NCBI GenBank assembly: GCA_021613535.1
Contig: CP075497.1
Span: 10,912,001-10,976,000, forward strand
Length of the DNA stretch: 64,000 nucleotides
From: Adineta vaga
Taxonomy: Eukaryota > Animalia > Rotifera
Reading direction: 5' to 3'
Notes under the pieces: model-generated
What the model was told of the DNA's origin: nothing
Database searches by the model: none
The model's input: only the letters and a program-made list of their open reading frames with translations
Program-made: the position numbers and the translations under genes
Part shown: positions 13,701 through 27,633 of the stretch, piece after piece
Position numbering within the stretch: the first letter of the stretch is position 1
Layout of the letters: every line of letters begins with the position of its first letter

Positions 13701-15158
13701 AAACAGGAACCAACATTTGTTGCTGATGCAATCAAACTTTTTCTTCAATTACATCAAATACGTGAACGAGCTGTTCTAAATCATTTAATGCAAAATGCAC
13801 CATCGTCAGAAAATGATCCGATAAATGTTGACTTAAACGATCCAAATACAACTGATCTTGATTTAACTATTCATGCACATTTAAATTGTTCAACAGTATC
13901 GATGAATAAACAAGCATTAGATAAAGAAATCGTGGAAAAACAAAAACATGAAGTAAACTATTCGATCAAATGAAGTATTTCATTCCTATAAGTCATTTCT
14001 TTTCTTTAAGGCTCGATTAAAATATCATTTTTATGTGGCACGTGCAATTCTTATGCAATTAAAATCTTCAACAAATGATGATTTGATTCGTTCATTGATA
14101 ACTACATTAAATCTAATTGATATAACGACAGATGATTGGACGATTATTAAAAATATACGACATAAATCCAAGAAGATTAATAAAGTAGGATTCATAGTTG
14201 AATTTATTTCCATATAAAATGTTTGATTGTTATAGTATTTAACAGTCAACAAACGAAGATCAAATCTGAAATTATTTATTAAAAAATTGTCAAGTCGTAT
14301 TGAATTATTACGTGGATTTGATGATGATAATGATACAACATTGAATGAATCAACACTTGTAAGTTGAGATATGTTTCTATTGTTTTCACACGTTTCTTTT
14401 TCTTTTTGTGTAGACGGATTCGTCTCAATTGAATGCCACTGTTATCAGTGCAGTACCATCACATGTCACAAATGCAACTTCGACAACACCTGGTTCGCCA
14501 ATGATGGATACAGCTTTTCGTGGTCTTGGAAAGAAAAGTAAACCCTATCTGTACATTGCACGAGCCATTCTAAATATGTTTTCCCTCTCTTATTTTAGAA
14601 CGTATTGCAAAAGATTCACTTCTATCACAGAATTCAACTGCATCATCAATTGTACCGCCACCACCTCCACCACCACCACCACCACCTGCACTTTCTCGCA
14701 GTCCTCCAGTACCATCAGTATCTGCCACTCGATATGACAAAAAGACAACGAAACTTCCAATAACTCCTGTTAGTAAAGCACGTAGTGGTCATGATTCATC
14801 ATCATGTTCATCACCATCATCATCATCAGAAAGTGAAAATCCAACATCAGATATTGAAAATGAAAATCCTCAACCTCAAACCACTTCATCACTGAATAAA
14901 CGAGCACGTGCAGATGCAACATCGACTGAATCACTTAGTCCACCACGTGACAGTCTTGGAAATTCATCTCGTATGATACTTCGTTCCAGTGCACGTCGAA
15001 AACAAGACACATCAAAGCAAAATCCTGTCTCAACACCTTCGTTACGTCAACAGCGTAAACATCGTCGTATTGATCTTGATATTACTCCTTTAAATAGCAA
15101 TAACAATAAGAAAAAATTACCGCCTACTCAATCTTCTACACCTCATATTAATAAATAA
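10717..15158 (+). CDS. NCAPG: Condensin complex subunit 3 (CAP-G), multi-exon
   Basis: MEKAIRTILDQAQ...H..L start; HEAT repeats DRMNDRSYQVRAQA..RLQ, DHDSHPLVRKESL, RRLTDTNATVRLCAY; ESAFFWQ; disordered S/P-rich tail. Confidence 0.85.
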
Positions 15159-15795
15159 TTTCTTATGTGTACATGTATATATCAATATAGTTATGTGAAT
15201 GTTAATTTCTTGCTGAAATATCTTCAATAGATATATATATTTTCTATGTTATATATAATAGCAGCTTGATTGAAACTTCTTTTTTGAAAATTGTTAACAA
15301 AATATTTCATTTAATAAATAAGACATCTGAACGTTGTCGTTTGCATTCGTTAACAATGGATAAAACTAAAAAAATATATCAATCCAATGTGATCTCATCG
15401 ATCCTCAGAAATGGATGCATTAACCGTTTGTTATTATTGGATCTAATTACTTGAGGGTGTGAATGAGGCTTAAGAGCATAGCCACATCCTGAGAAATTTT
15501 CATTATCCATCCATTTTTATTAAAATGATTGATAAAACCATTACTTAAAAATCTATTTCTTGACGCAAACAATGTCCGGAAAATAACGTGTTATTGTAGA
15601 ATTATGGTAAAATGAAGGGAAAATGTTGTGTATCCTTTGTTTTTTTCTCATATTGTATTCCAAAAACAGATTCTTAGATTTTTACTCTCTTCTCGATGTA
15701 TGTATGTATGTAATTATATGTATGTATAACAAAAGCAAAATATTTATTCTTCTTTTTTCTTTTCAAAATAATAGACTAGAGAATAAAACGATATT

Positions 15796-17637
15796 CTATG
15801 ACCATGTTTCTCGTTGAAATTGTTTTATTCGTTCTAATTCACGTAAATAATCATCCGCTTGTTCAGTATTCATCTCACCATATTTCATGAAAACTGTTTT
15901 CAATGCATCGGATACTTGTTCTGGTACTTGCTTTGCACTACCAGCAAGATATATTCGTGCATGTTTATGACTAATCCATTCCCAAACTAAATGACCATAC
16001 TCAATAATTTTATGTTGAACATAGATTTTGTCTTCTTGATCACGTGAATATGCTGGAATATAAATAAGATTGACTGTATCTTTTAGCAGATCATTTTCGA
16101 CAAAAGCATCTTTCTGTCGATAACGACAACCAAAAAAGAGCATATTTAATTTTGCATTGTCTAAACTTCTTTCTAATATCCATCCACGAAATGGTGCAAC
16201 ACCAGTACCAGGTCCAATCATAATTGCAGGTCGATCATCATCAATTAAATTGAATGATGAAGTTATTCGCATCACAATATGTTCACCTGATTGAAGTCGA
16301 CACAAATAATTGCTACATAAACCTTCACGATAAAGAGCTATAATTGTTTTATAACGAACAATAGCAACAAATAGTTGTATTCGATTAGGATGAACTCGTG
16401 GACTTGATGCGATCGAAAATGAACGTGGACGAATATGTGGAAAGAAATCGAAGATATACTCAAATGGAATCTGTGATGCTGTTTGGGGAAAGTCTTGTAA
16501 AACTTCGACACTTGTACGTCGTGGTCGATGACAGTATGTATAGAGATCATCCATATTTCCTGCTTCTAAGAATTCTAATAAACGTTCACGTTCTCTTTCA
16601 TCATCAGCAAACCAAACTAATTTTTCAAAGAATGATCGTGATGGTACACGAGTGATATGTAAATAATCACGAAATAATTCTAAGACTGTCATTGATAATG
16701 ACGATGTTTGATTCGAAGCAATAAAACGATCATTAAGTTTATCTTTCATATGAAAAATCTCTGCAATAAGATGTACTGATGGAAGTGGACACTGTGGAAG
16801 AATGACAGCAACATCACCACATTTATAAGGAAGATTTGTTTCAAATTCGAGTAAACGAACATCTTGCCAATGATCTTCCGATGTCACGCGTGTATTCGAA
16901 ATCAAAGGAACAGAAGAATAACCGGATGGAATTTTTGACATTTCGTTTATTGGTTCCAAACTAAAAATATTTAAGCAATAGGAATTGAAACAAGTTTCAT
17001 GAGAAAATACTTTGATGAATCGTGTTCAGTATGATGATCAATCCATTGAATTTGATATTTACTTGGTAAACGTTGATCAATTCGTGGTTGAAGTTCTCTA
17101 CCAATGAGATCACCAAATGTTTTCCAAAATATGTTTGTAAATGTTTGGTCAATACATCCATCTGTACCTATAATAATCCATAGAAAAACACGTTCAACGA
17201 TAGAATCATTTACATCTATTCTACCTTGAAAAAAAACTCATACCATGTGGATGTTGTTCATCAGCAAGAACTTTTTCACAGATTGATTGTGCACCTAATT
17301 GTTCTAATCGTTTTGATAGTTTTTTTGCCACGAAATTAAATTTTGGATATGTTGAATCACCGAGACCAATTAAACCATAGTGAACACGTGATAAAACTAT
17401 TGGTAAAGATCTTCTCATAATAAATCGCCAGAATTGTTTCATATTTTCTGGTTCTTCACCATCACCCGTCGTTGAAACAATAAAAAGAATATAAGGTCCA
17501 AGGTCATCAATGGATGTAATCGAATTCAATGGTCGCACACGACATTCAACACCTGTCGATCGAGCCATACATGCAAATCGTTCACTCACATCTTCTGCTG
17601 TACCTGTTTGACTTCCAAATAAAATATCCAGCGACAT
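15796..17637 (-). CDS. NDOR1: NADPH-dependent diflavin oxidoreductase 1 (3 exons)
   Basis: Flavodoxin domain FGSQTGTAED, STTGDGEEP, GLGDSTYPKFNFVAKKL; RSFSIASS, GPGTGVAPFR, FFGCR, terminal ETWS. Confidence 0.95.
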
Positions 17638-17722
17638 TTTTTATCTAATAGACAAACGAATATATAACAGACATTCTTTTATTCATTGTTCTACTTTTTA
17701 CTCTCCATGTGGAAACTATGCA

Positions 17723-17746
17723 GAAAGAAAGAAAGAAAGAAAGAAA
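17723..17746 (+). repeat. (AGAA)n microsatellite, mirrored at ~50537-50561
   Basis: Direct reading. Confidence 0.85.
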
Positions 17747-18046
17747 GGAAAAAACGAGCGAGGAGAGAGAAAGAGAAAAACAAACTTCATTCGCTTCTTT
17801 GTAAGTTACAACAGCAGCGGTAGAGAAAGGTGAAACTCAAATCTTTAACTGCTGCTCGAGAATACAGATGAAGAAAAGAGAAAGTTGTCATAGAACGATG
17901 AACTCATAGATTTATTTGCAATAAATCCAAATATTTTCCTGTGTTCTCGAAAAGAATCAATACATAGAGGTATATCGAGTTTTGTTATTTCCTCATTCGT
18001 CTTATTTTCAAGCATCAACAGAAAAAAAGAATACGACCATTTTTTC

Positions 18047-18094
18047 TTCTTCATAGCAACGAGTAATATAGACCCATTGAACATGACTAGCAAC
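18047..18094. promoter_or_regulatory. Candidate RFX X-boxes upstream of CCHCR1 (TTCTTCATAGCAAC; ACATGACTAGCAAC)
   Basis: RGYAAC half-sites; related motifs are retained in copy 2 (~50224-50271) despite local divergence. Confidence 0.45.
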
Positions 18095-18257
18095 CAATCT
18101 GCTTCTTTCGATTTCAAATAGAATTTAGAATATAATTATCGTTATCTTTATACATTATACACATATTGATTTTGTAACTGACCTTGTGTTATTATTTCTT
18201 TTCTTTATCTATATTTATTCAAATTCATTGCTTTTCATATTTTGATGAAGGAACAAG

Positions 18258-20882
18258 ATGACTAGTTCTTTAAGTCCAAATATGCTGCTTTTACCACCAT
18301 CAGCATTTCAATCTACCTTATCAATTCATTCGACAACTGAAAGCGAACATCAAACAAAAACAGTTCATGAACAACTCGAACATTTACAAATCGAAATTGG
18401 AAGATTACGAACAAATAATGAAGCTCTCAAAACATCCGGACGAGGTATACAAAGAAAACAATAACACTAACTATTTTTACTATCCTTCTATTTATTCGCA
18501 GATTTACTTGAACGAGCACCTCAATTGATTAATTTACCTCGTCGATCAAATATTGTTCAAGAAACTCTCGAAGATATCATTCAACAACAAGCAACTGAGA
18601 TCGAACGATTACGTCATGAACTTGAACGTGAGAAATCTCGTTGTTTAAAAGCAATCAATGACGTTGAACTAACATTACAAACAAAAGAATTATCGTGGCA
18701 AGCACATCGCAATGAATTTGAAATTCGTTCAGCTGAATTACAAAAAGTTCAAAAAGAAAAACTATACTATGAACAATTACTGTCATCTCAACAATCATCG
18801 ACATCGACAGCACCAGATCTTCTCAACAACAAACTATCGCAACAACTCGAACAACGAGAAAAAGAAAATGCTAGATTGAATGAAGAAATGCGATTGTTAA
18901 ACTTAAGGTTAAATCTTAGAATTAGTAGAATGGAATTGAATTGAAAGTTGATTAATGGAATGATATTTTTAGATTAACATCAATGAATGATGTATTGACA
19001 TTGCAAGAAGAGAAACTTGAACAAACAACATCAAATAATAGTGAAAAACGTCAATCACTTTTGAATTGTTGGCGAACAAAAGTATATGATTTACTGATGC
19101 AATTAAAATCGATGGAACTGATTTTGAAAAATAATAGTAGTCAATTTTCGAATGGTAAGAAACGTTACAAATGCATTTTGAAAAAAGAAACATACAAATT
19201 TCAACCCTCTATTTGTTCTAAGAGAATACTAAAATCAACGATGACATATATCGAAATTTTAACACTTCGACAAGAGAACTTACAGAAAATATATGTATCT
19301 TTAAGATATATAAAGAACTATATTTATACCTTATGAGTATTTTCACTGTTTCGAAATAATAGTTCGATGAAAGAATGATTTTTTTAAATATTTTATCTGT
19401 TCCATATATTCGATTCAGAATTCATATTTGTACTTTGATTTATTATTCGCTTTATTTGGCAAGACTGAAGACTAATTTTCATTTCACTATTCTATTTAAA
19501 TCGGATATTAGATAAATGAAATAAAATTTACACATCGTAGACTAAAGTCAAAAATAACTTCCTGCTGTTTTTCATATTCTAAAAATATTCTTCATAGATA
19601 TTGGACAATTACAAGGCAAAGTCAATGAACTTCTTCATGAAAATAAACTTCTACAAACTCAATATGACGAACGAAAAGTTCATATTCAGTATGTAATCAT
19701 TATTCATTCTCATTTCTCAATATTAAATTCACTTCTGTAGATATTTAGAATCGAAATTACATCAATCTGATTCAAATTTAACTTTGATTCTTGATGAAAA
19801 TACATCACTCAAACAACATCTTCAATCTTATCAACAAACAGAACAAATCATTCGTCAAATCATTGTCAAATACACAACAAATCCACATCATGATAATCTA
19901 TTTAAAACGATCAATAAAACACTTGCCATCTATGAACAACGTCTTGGTTATATCAACAAACGTTTTCTTATTCTTCAAACATTATTCAATCGACAATTAT
20001 TATCTCTATCATCAAAACAACATGTTACAATTGCAATACAAACAGAAGATGAACAATATCTAGATTTATCATTACTTGAACGTGAACTAAAAACTGTTTC
20101 ACATGAACGTGATTTACTTGCTCACAAACTTGATCAAGAATATAAACAAACTAAACTTCATGGTGAACAACTCGAAGAAAAATATCAACAAGAACTCATT
20201 GTAAATAGAGAAAAACTAATGATGATGCAATTGTTATCTGAAGAACATATAACAAAGATTCATTTCTATGAAACAACACTCATAGAGAAAGATCAACAAT
20301 TGAAAGAATTGACAGAAACATGGAATAATCAACAACATAAACAATCAGAAAATATTGAATTGTTACAACGACAATTTCAAGTAGAATTCTATTTTTACTT
20401 TGAGAAAATTCGATTATCGATATGTTTTTAGGAACGAGAGGAAAGAATACTGAATGAAAAGGATAATTTAGAAAAACAACTCAATGAAGCAAAACGTGAA
20501 CAAGCAAAGTTTGCGGCTAATTATCGGTAAAATCTTTTTATTTCTTTCTTTCTTTCTGAGAAATCATTTCTCTAACATTTACGTATTCGATAGACAAATG
20601 GAACGAACTACAACTCGTGAAAAAGAACGATGGCAACAACAAATAGCTGATGCACAATTACGATCTGATACTGAACTTGAGAAACTTACAAAACGAATAA
20701 TGACATTGGAACGAGAACGAAATCTATTGATGAAAACAATTCATCAAGAAAAATCACATTCACCATCATTTCAAGCAAGAGATGATGGTGATCTACACAA
20801 TTTAGTATCAGAAATTCGTCAATTAGCTAGTCGAGCTTTAGATGAATCGAGTGATGAAGAAGAAACGAACAAGATTTTGTAA
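18258..20882 (+). CDS. CCHCR1: Coiled-coil alpha-helical rod protein 1, copy 1
   Basis: LLPPS N-terminus, IIQQQATEIERL, hallmark LLNCWRTKVYDLLMQLKSMEL, EAKREQAK...RQMER, LERERNLLMKTI. Confidence 0.85.
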
Positions 20883-21571
20883 GAATAACAATCGAATATA
20901 CAGACCTTTCTCTTTTTTATACAAAGTTTGAAGATAAATTTTTATTGAAATAATAAATAATGTGTCTCAAATCGAACGTGTTCTTAATCGTGAAAAAAAG
21001 AAAAAAAACATCGAAAACAAATATTTTTGTCTATCCTGTATCAAATCTGTCATAAAATAAACAAGTGTTGCACAATCTGAATTCGTATTCTAAATAAATA
21101 CAACTTCTAAACGATGTGGCAATGCGGTCCGACACCGGATATGTTATTTGTAATTGAAAAGATCATCCTAATATGCTGAAGGGCCATATCACCGCAATTT
21201 TGCGATGTTGTATACTATAGTGTACAAACATCACTATCACACCTACAAATAACTATTCGGTGTTGCACGATCGCACTTTTTACTATTTTGAGATCATAGG
21301 AACTAAAAGGACAAAATCAAAATATCTAAGTCCGTATTCACGTCGTATTTTGATTGATTTCATTGATCACATGTATCATTAGACAAAAATTGGATGAGTC
21401 AACTTAACAATAATAATAATAATCAGTGATGCACATCCAATTACTCGGTCATTCATGTAGAGCTTAATCGTCTTTTTCCGTTCTATAAAATCGTATTCAA
21501 ATTACCATTTTCTTGCGTATTCACAAACAATATTAAAATCTTACTTGAAAACTTTGTACTTTCGACTATAA

Positions 21572-22944
21572 ATGGACAGGAAAAAATCAAATACAGCAGC
21601 ATCGGGCAGTCAAAAACATGAAGACGAAAAAGATGAAAACTTCTTCAAAAAAACAGCAAATTCAATTCGAGTGAAACTTCGTTTGAAAAAAAAGAAGAAG
21701 AATACAGATAGTAAGTCAAAACCAGCAAAAACTGGCAAAACAGATTTGAGTTCGACCTCGAATGACGAAGGTAGCTCACCCGATTTACCTAGACGAATAT
21801 CTTCTCCAGCAGGTATTTATCTTAATTTACAATCTATTTTCTAACCTATTTTATTTAGAATCAATTGAGAATACCGAAACTGAAAAAGATTTAGGTGCAT
21901 CATCATCATCATCATCATCAGCTAATCCTTCAAATCAAACATCGGTCGAACAAAACACTAATGATAAAGTTCATCTGTCATTTCATGGTTTGCAAACGAA
22001 CAAGATAAAGAAGATTTTAATGTTTTCATCTCGTCTTATTCTTTTTCTTAGGGGTATCAACTGTCGATGATTTACTCGATCGAATTGATGAAGCGATTGA
22101 AAGTGCTAAAATTGTAATCGAAGGTGATACAAACAAGACACTTTTTAGTGTCCAAGGCAAATCATCAAAACCTCGTCCTTCTCCCGCTGACCTTGACAAA
22201 AAGCCTTTAGAGAAATCTGAAGGTAATGAAACTAAAACAAATGATCAAGAAAATAAGAAAAATGACCGAGAAGGAGAAGGAGAACCACTACGTATCGATT
22301 ATAATGAAATACATAGAATCGAAGATTTACTTGATAAAGTTTATGGACAACCGGGAGATCGAAAGATTGTACTAGAAAATGCACCTGACAATGATGAATC
22401 AGTTAGTGTTGAAAAGAAAACAAGTTTACCGCCAACTCGAGCATCGACTGCAAATGAACATCTGTCACCACCACCACCGCCAACAACAACAACAACTGCA
22501 ACTGCATCCAATGACAATGATGATTCTTCAGCACCATTAAAAAGTATTTTAAAAACAAGTCAAGATCCATCATCGTTAGATACATCTACTAAAGTAGCTT
22601 CATTTCAAGATGATCAAATTCATGTCAATATCGAAGGTGTACAAAATGTTGATGATCTTTTAGATCGTATCGATGAGGCAGTTCAAAATATTCCTATCGT
22701 AATTGAAACAACAATCACACAAGAAAAACAAGAAAGTATGTTTAGCAACATCATACTCTCAATTTCGACTCTTTCCTTTTCTCATATAGCTTCGCCAGTA
22801 ACTGTTGAAAATAACAATGATAATCAAAACATTTCTGTATCGAGTTTAAAACATGAAGGTAATGATATAGTTAGTGAAACAATTTCATCTTCATCTACAA
22901 GTGACGAGAAGAAAAATGGAGATGAGAAATCGGATTGGGTCTAA
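21572..22944 (+). CDS. Uncharacterised disordered protein with three ~30-aa internal repeats (4 exons)
   Basis: GT-AG exons join in frame; basic N-terminus (RLKKKKK), repeats VDDLLDRIDEA, C-terminus KSDWV. Confidence 0.7.
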
Positions 22945-23113
22945 TACGACAAAAGAAAAACTACAAATTAATTGAATATTTATCCCCTTCATATTTCGTT
23001 TTTTGTTCTTAAATTCATATAAATAAAATAAGTTGAAAATGACAAAGAAACAAACAAATAAACCCGATTTGAAAGAACAAATATCACATCAATGAAAAGT
23101 TTTATTATGTTCA

Positions 23114-26100
23114 TTATTTGACCATATTTTGAAACCATTTCGAATAATATGTGGCAACTTCAGCTACGTTTGTTGTTAATGGACGAAATGATCCTAAATT
23201 AGAATCATTATCCAACTGATCGTGTGTTTGTTGATGTTCTTGCGTATGAATAATATCACTTTTAAGAATATTTCCTTTCGATGAAAGTGTTTTACCAATC
23301 GATTTCGAAGGAAGATTAGTCGCTATGGGAAGTAATGAAAAACGTTGAGAACAAGAAGATAATGAAAGAATATTATTTGTATCTTGCGTATTCATTGTCA
23401 ATGGTTTCGATGGAATTAGACGATCATTTGTAATCAATGGTCCAAATAAAAGCTACATGGAACGAAAAAGAAAAGACATTCTTCAGACAAAGATAACAAT
23501 CAAACTTACTGAAGAACGTGGAACAATTTTTTGTAAATGACTTTGCATATATGGTGAAAGAACATTTAAATCAAATGGATCAATTTCACTTTCAATATTT
23601 TCAATTAATTTATAAAATCGTTCATTAATATCTTTTGTAGTCTATATTAAATATTAAATCTTTTCGAAATTGTTTTTTTTTATATAAACTTACCGTATTA
23701 CTATCTTTTCGTTCGAGTAACATATGCACAAATCGAAGATCATAAACTATTTGAATGATTCGTGTTTGAATACGTTTAATACTTATTCGTTTTTGACCTT
23801 CTGTTAACCACCATGATTCATAAACATTTAAAAATGTTTGTAACAAACGATAGGACATTTCAAGCGATAATTCTCTGAGAAAAAAAAATCATATAAAAAT
23901 TAAAATAAATTAGTGTTTATTTACTTATCAAGACCATGAGCTAATGCTTGATTGATTTGTTGACAAGAATAGAATAGAAGTTCTTCAATGAATGGTGTAC
24001 AATACATTGGAACACGAATAAGACTTTTGTATGTTTTATCACTCTCAAGACTTTCTTCAATTTCAATTTCATCCCAAATCTAACAAAACAAACTTTTGTT
24101 ACGAAAAAAACAAATAGATAAGAACATTACCAATGAAGGTATATCGTCAAGAAAGGTTGATAATCTATTCCGTAAGTGCATATCAATATTAGCACTCAAA
24201 TGAATAACCCATTGTCTAAGAAAATATCAGGTAAAAGTGGAAAAAGAATGAGGAAAAAGTGTCTTACTTAAATAAATCGATATGTGTTGTCATAAACATT
24301 TCACGTGTTTTTAACCAGGAAGTTTTTTCTGTCTAAATTTAAATGATTACTGATCAGATCATTTCGAAATATTCCTATTCATCTACCTTTTCTAATGTTC
24401 GTTTTGGTTGCGAGATTCCTCGTATTTTTCTACAATAAATTAGTCTAGAAAGACAACGTCATGCTTTGATATCGCTTACCTATCTGGTGATGAACTATTC
24501 GTAGAATCTAGAGCATTATTTGTCACTAATTCCAGTGCATTTTTGAGATTCTTACAAACAATTGGTATCGCTCGAGCACATGTACCAAGCCAAATTAAAC
24601 TAAACTTATATATATATATATATTGATTTTCAATCTATCAATTTCAATTGAAACTCACCTCGCTAAAGTTCGTTCTTCATCTCCAATTTTTTCATTATCA
24701 TTTGCTATTTGTTTTAAACGTGCGAGAAATCTAAAGACTTATTCTATAGAAATTTGAATCGATTAAATCTTGTATTTACGTTGTACAAAATTGAATGACA
24801 CATTCTTCTAAATGTTCTTCAACAAAACCACTATCGAAATACATTGATATTGTCGATTGATTATTATTTGTTGTTGATAAGATCGAATCCGATAGAGAAG
24901 AAGATGTTGATGAACCATCCACAACAGAAAATTCATTCACATCATCGAGAATTTGTCGTAATTCATCATCTAATTCTCGACATAAACTAAATAATTGTTC
25001 GAAAACTTAACAAATGATAAGAAATATCAGATCAATTTACTTTTGAAGATCCATTGATATCGCAACAGCTTTCAATGAAAATTTTGCATCTCCAACTGGA
25101 AATCGACTTGTCGATGGTGTCCAAACATAATCACTTGGAATATGATTATCAACACTACTCCAAATATAATCCAAAACATTGAATTCCAATGATGATCTAA
25201 ATCAATATGATCACGTTTTTTTTGTCTATTAGAATTTAAATCCACATATAAATACTTGTCAGTTTTATTGCTTGATTTCTGAAATGCTTCAAGACATTGT
25301 TCAATTCGGTGTATAGCCGTTTGATTAAATTGATCAAAACGAACATGAAGAACTTGCTAAAAGTTATTATGAATGTCAGAATAGAAAATTTAGAGAATCA
25401 TTACTTACCTTCGCACGTGTACGTAATTCTATTTTAATTAAATTATTCCATAATCGAATTTCTTTATCATTTCCATTAAGTAAACGATTACATATTGTTG
25501 ACCATTGTTGCATACGTTCCTATAATAAAATTATTAATATTCATTATCAATGATTAAAGAAATAAATTATACCTCAGTTAATAATGATACAATGCTTAAT
25601 TTAAGATGAAGTAATGGTTTTAATAATGTTATATGATGAAGTAAATCACTTAAACCTGTCTTAACAAGATCTAATGCTCTAGAATATATTCAAATATAAA
25701 AGAATCAATAGACAAATTCATTGTTATTTTTACTTTTGTAACCATTTTTCAATAGTATTTTGAACAAGTTCTTGTTGTCGAGATTCATATTCAGTAAGAT
25801 CAATAGGATCACAATCTAGAATAAATTTTTATCTAAAGTCAAAAATATCATTATGAAATATAATTACTTTTGAAAAATGTTTCTTGCATATTTAACATTT
25901 GTTGTTGTTCAAATGATAAGATTGTTTGATTCTTAAGATTATTCTCAGCATTCGAAACATTATAAAATAATAAGACATGTTTTTTTAATTGATCATATTT
26001 ATCTAGGAGAAGCAAAAAAGAAATATTTTGTGTAAAAAATATCGATTTTGTTTTATTCTCATACCAGGATTATTATTATCATCTTTACTGAAGAGAATAT

Positions 26101-27243
26101 CCAATTCAAAAATAGTATTGATAAAAAGAACGACTAATTGTCGAACTGTATCTTTTGAAGTTTGTGCTAAACGGAAAACAATGATAATTAGAAATTCAAT
26201 AAGATGATAGAAAACATGTCAAATACTTACTAATATCTGCATTTTTATATGAATCTTTGATCATATCCTAAATAATAGAGATTAAAAGTTATTCTTGAAT
26301 TGATGAAATAACAAACCAATTTAGCAGAAAGGAATTCATCTAATACTTGTTCGATTGTTTTGTTACCAAATACAACAAGAGTTGACAGAGCATTGGCAAG
26401 AATCTAAATGATATAGAAATTGTAAACTATTTTCACTATGAATGTAAAACATAAGTCGTCATATCTCAAGATGATTTGACTTATATTTACTTGAACATTT
26501 GTGTCTGTATTCTTTAAATACAATCGACATTTATCTAAAATCGTTGCTTTCATATGTCGAGTTTGATTCCATAATCGAGTTGCTGCAACAATCGCTTTTT
26601 GTGCATTACCATCTAATTGTTCATCCATAGTATTCGATGATAAAGACGATGCCATATGTTGTGCTAATGAATATTGACTAGAATATCTCTGTTTAGTTAC
26701 AAATTAATCAATCCAGATTACAATTAATTACCGAGCTGCTGCTGAAAAGTTGTTTTCTTCTAAAAACATCCAACATCGTCGACGTGTTTCTGTGAGAATT
26801 TTCACAGAGTTAATGAGTGTTAATTTAAATAATTGTTTATCTGATTTAGAATTTGATGAAGAAGATTGTGTTAATAATGTATGATCGATTTTTCCACATT
26901 TTTCATTGAGTAAATGTACAAATTCTTCGACCTTGAATAGAAATTTAGAATCGAATAGATTTCACAAATGATTTAAACGAGAAACTTACACCTTTTGCAC
27001 ATGTTTTCATTTCAAAAATGGCATCAGCAGCTTCAATTAAATCTCGATATCGTTCTCTATTTAAATAGATTCATTTAAAGTGTACAAAAAGAAAAGTCGA
27101 ATCTCCTACCCAACCATCGATCGTAATTCTTCTTTTTTTCTTTCCATATCATCTTTTATCTTTTGTTCAATATCCCGTATTTCATTTATAGTATATTTGA
27201 CAAATATAGAATCAATATCAAGTTTTTCGATTTCCATATTCAT
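23114..27243 (-). CDS. COG1: Conserved oligomeric Golgi complex subunit 1, many exons
   Basis: Vps51/COG1 N-terminus IDSIFVKYTINEIRDIEQKIKDDMERKKEELRSMVGERYRDLIEAADAIFEM; later IWDEIEIEE...KSLIRVP, QIVYDLRF, DPFDLNVLSPY, RFSLLP. Confidence 0.9.
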
Positions 27244-27633
27244 TTTTATTAATAATTTCAAATTTCTATCAACTATAAATAAATGAAAAATGAAGTTTAA
27301 ATGTGACACGTCTGCGTGCGTTGCGTTTATTCAAAATATGTAACCATATTTATATCTGATATTTTCCAATAGAAACATCGTCGAACGATGTCGCTGTAAA
27401 ACATAATCATTAATTGACTAACAGAGTCATCTAATAGATATTTATTGAAGCCACCAATAAATATCAAACGAAAATCTGGACTTTCCGATTGGCACATGGA
27501 AATAAACAATGGCATTATATAGGTTTTGTAACATTTTTCTTTCTTCATTTTACTGAATATATCAATGAGGTCGATGTTGATTTTGTTTCATTCTTTTAGA
27601 TATTTCACAGTTCAATCATAAGAAAAAATCAAC

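Larger units (their letters stand above)
17700..21382 (+). repeat. Left arm of a long inverted duplication containing CCHCR1
   Basis: Reverse complement of ~47141-50584 (e.g. ACTCTCCATGTGGAAACTATGCAG at 17700 vs CTGCATAGTTTCCACATGGAGAGT ending 50584). Confidence 0.95.

Noticed and set aside
15350-15520. Possible MITE (ATGGATAA...TTATCCAT)
   Set aside because: Only an 8-bp AT-rich inverted match, with no clear target-site duplication or second copy.
17845-18117. ORFs antisense to the CCHCR1 upstream region (also 50221-50406)
   Set aside because: The frame is not preserved between the two arms. The conserved parts are better explained as promoter motifs.
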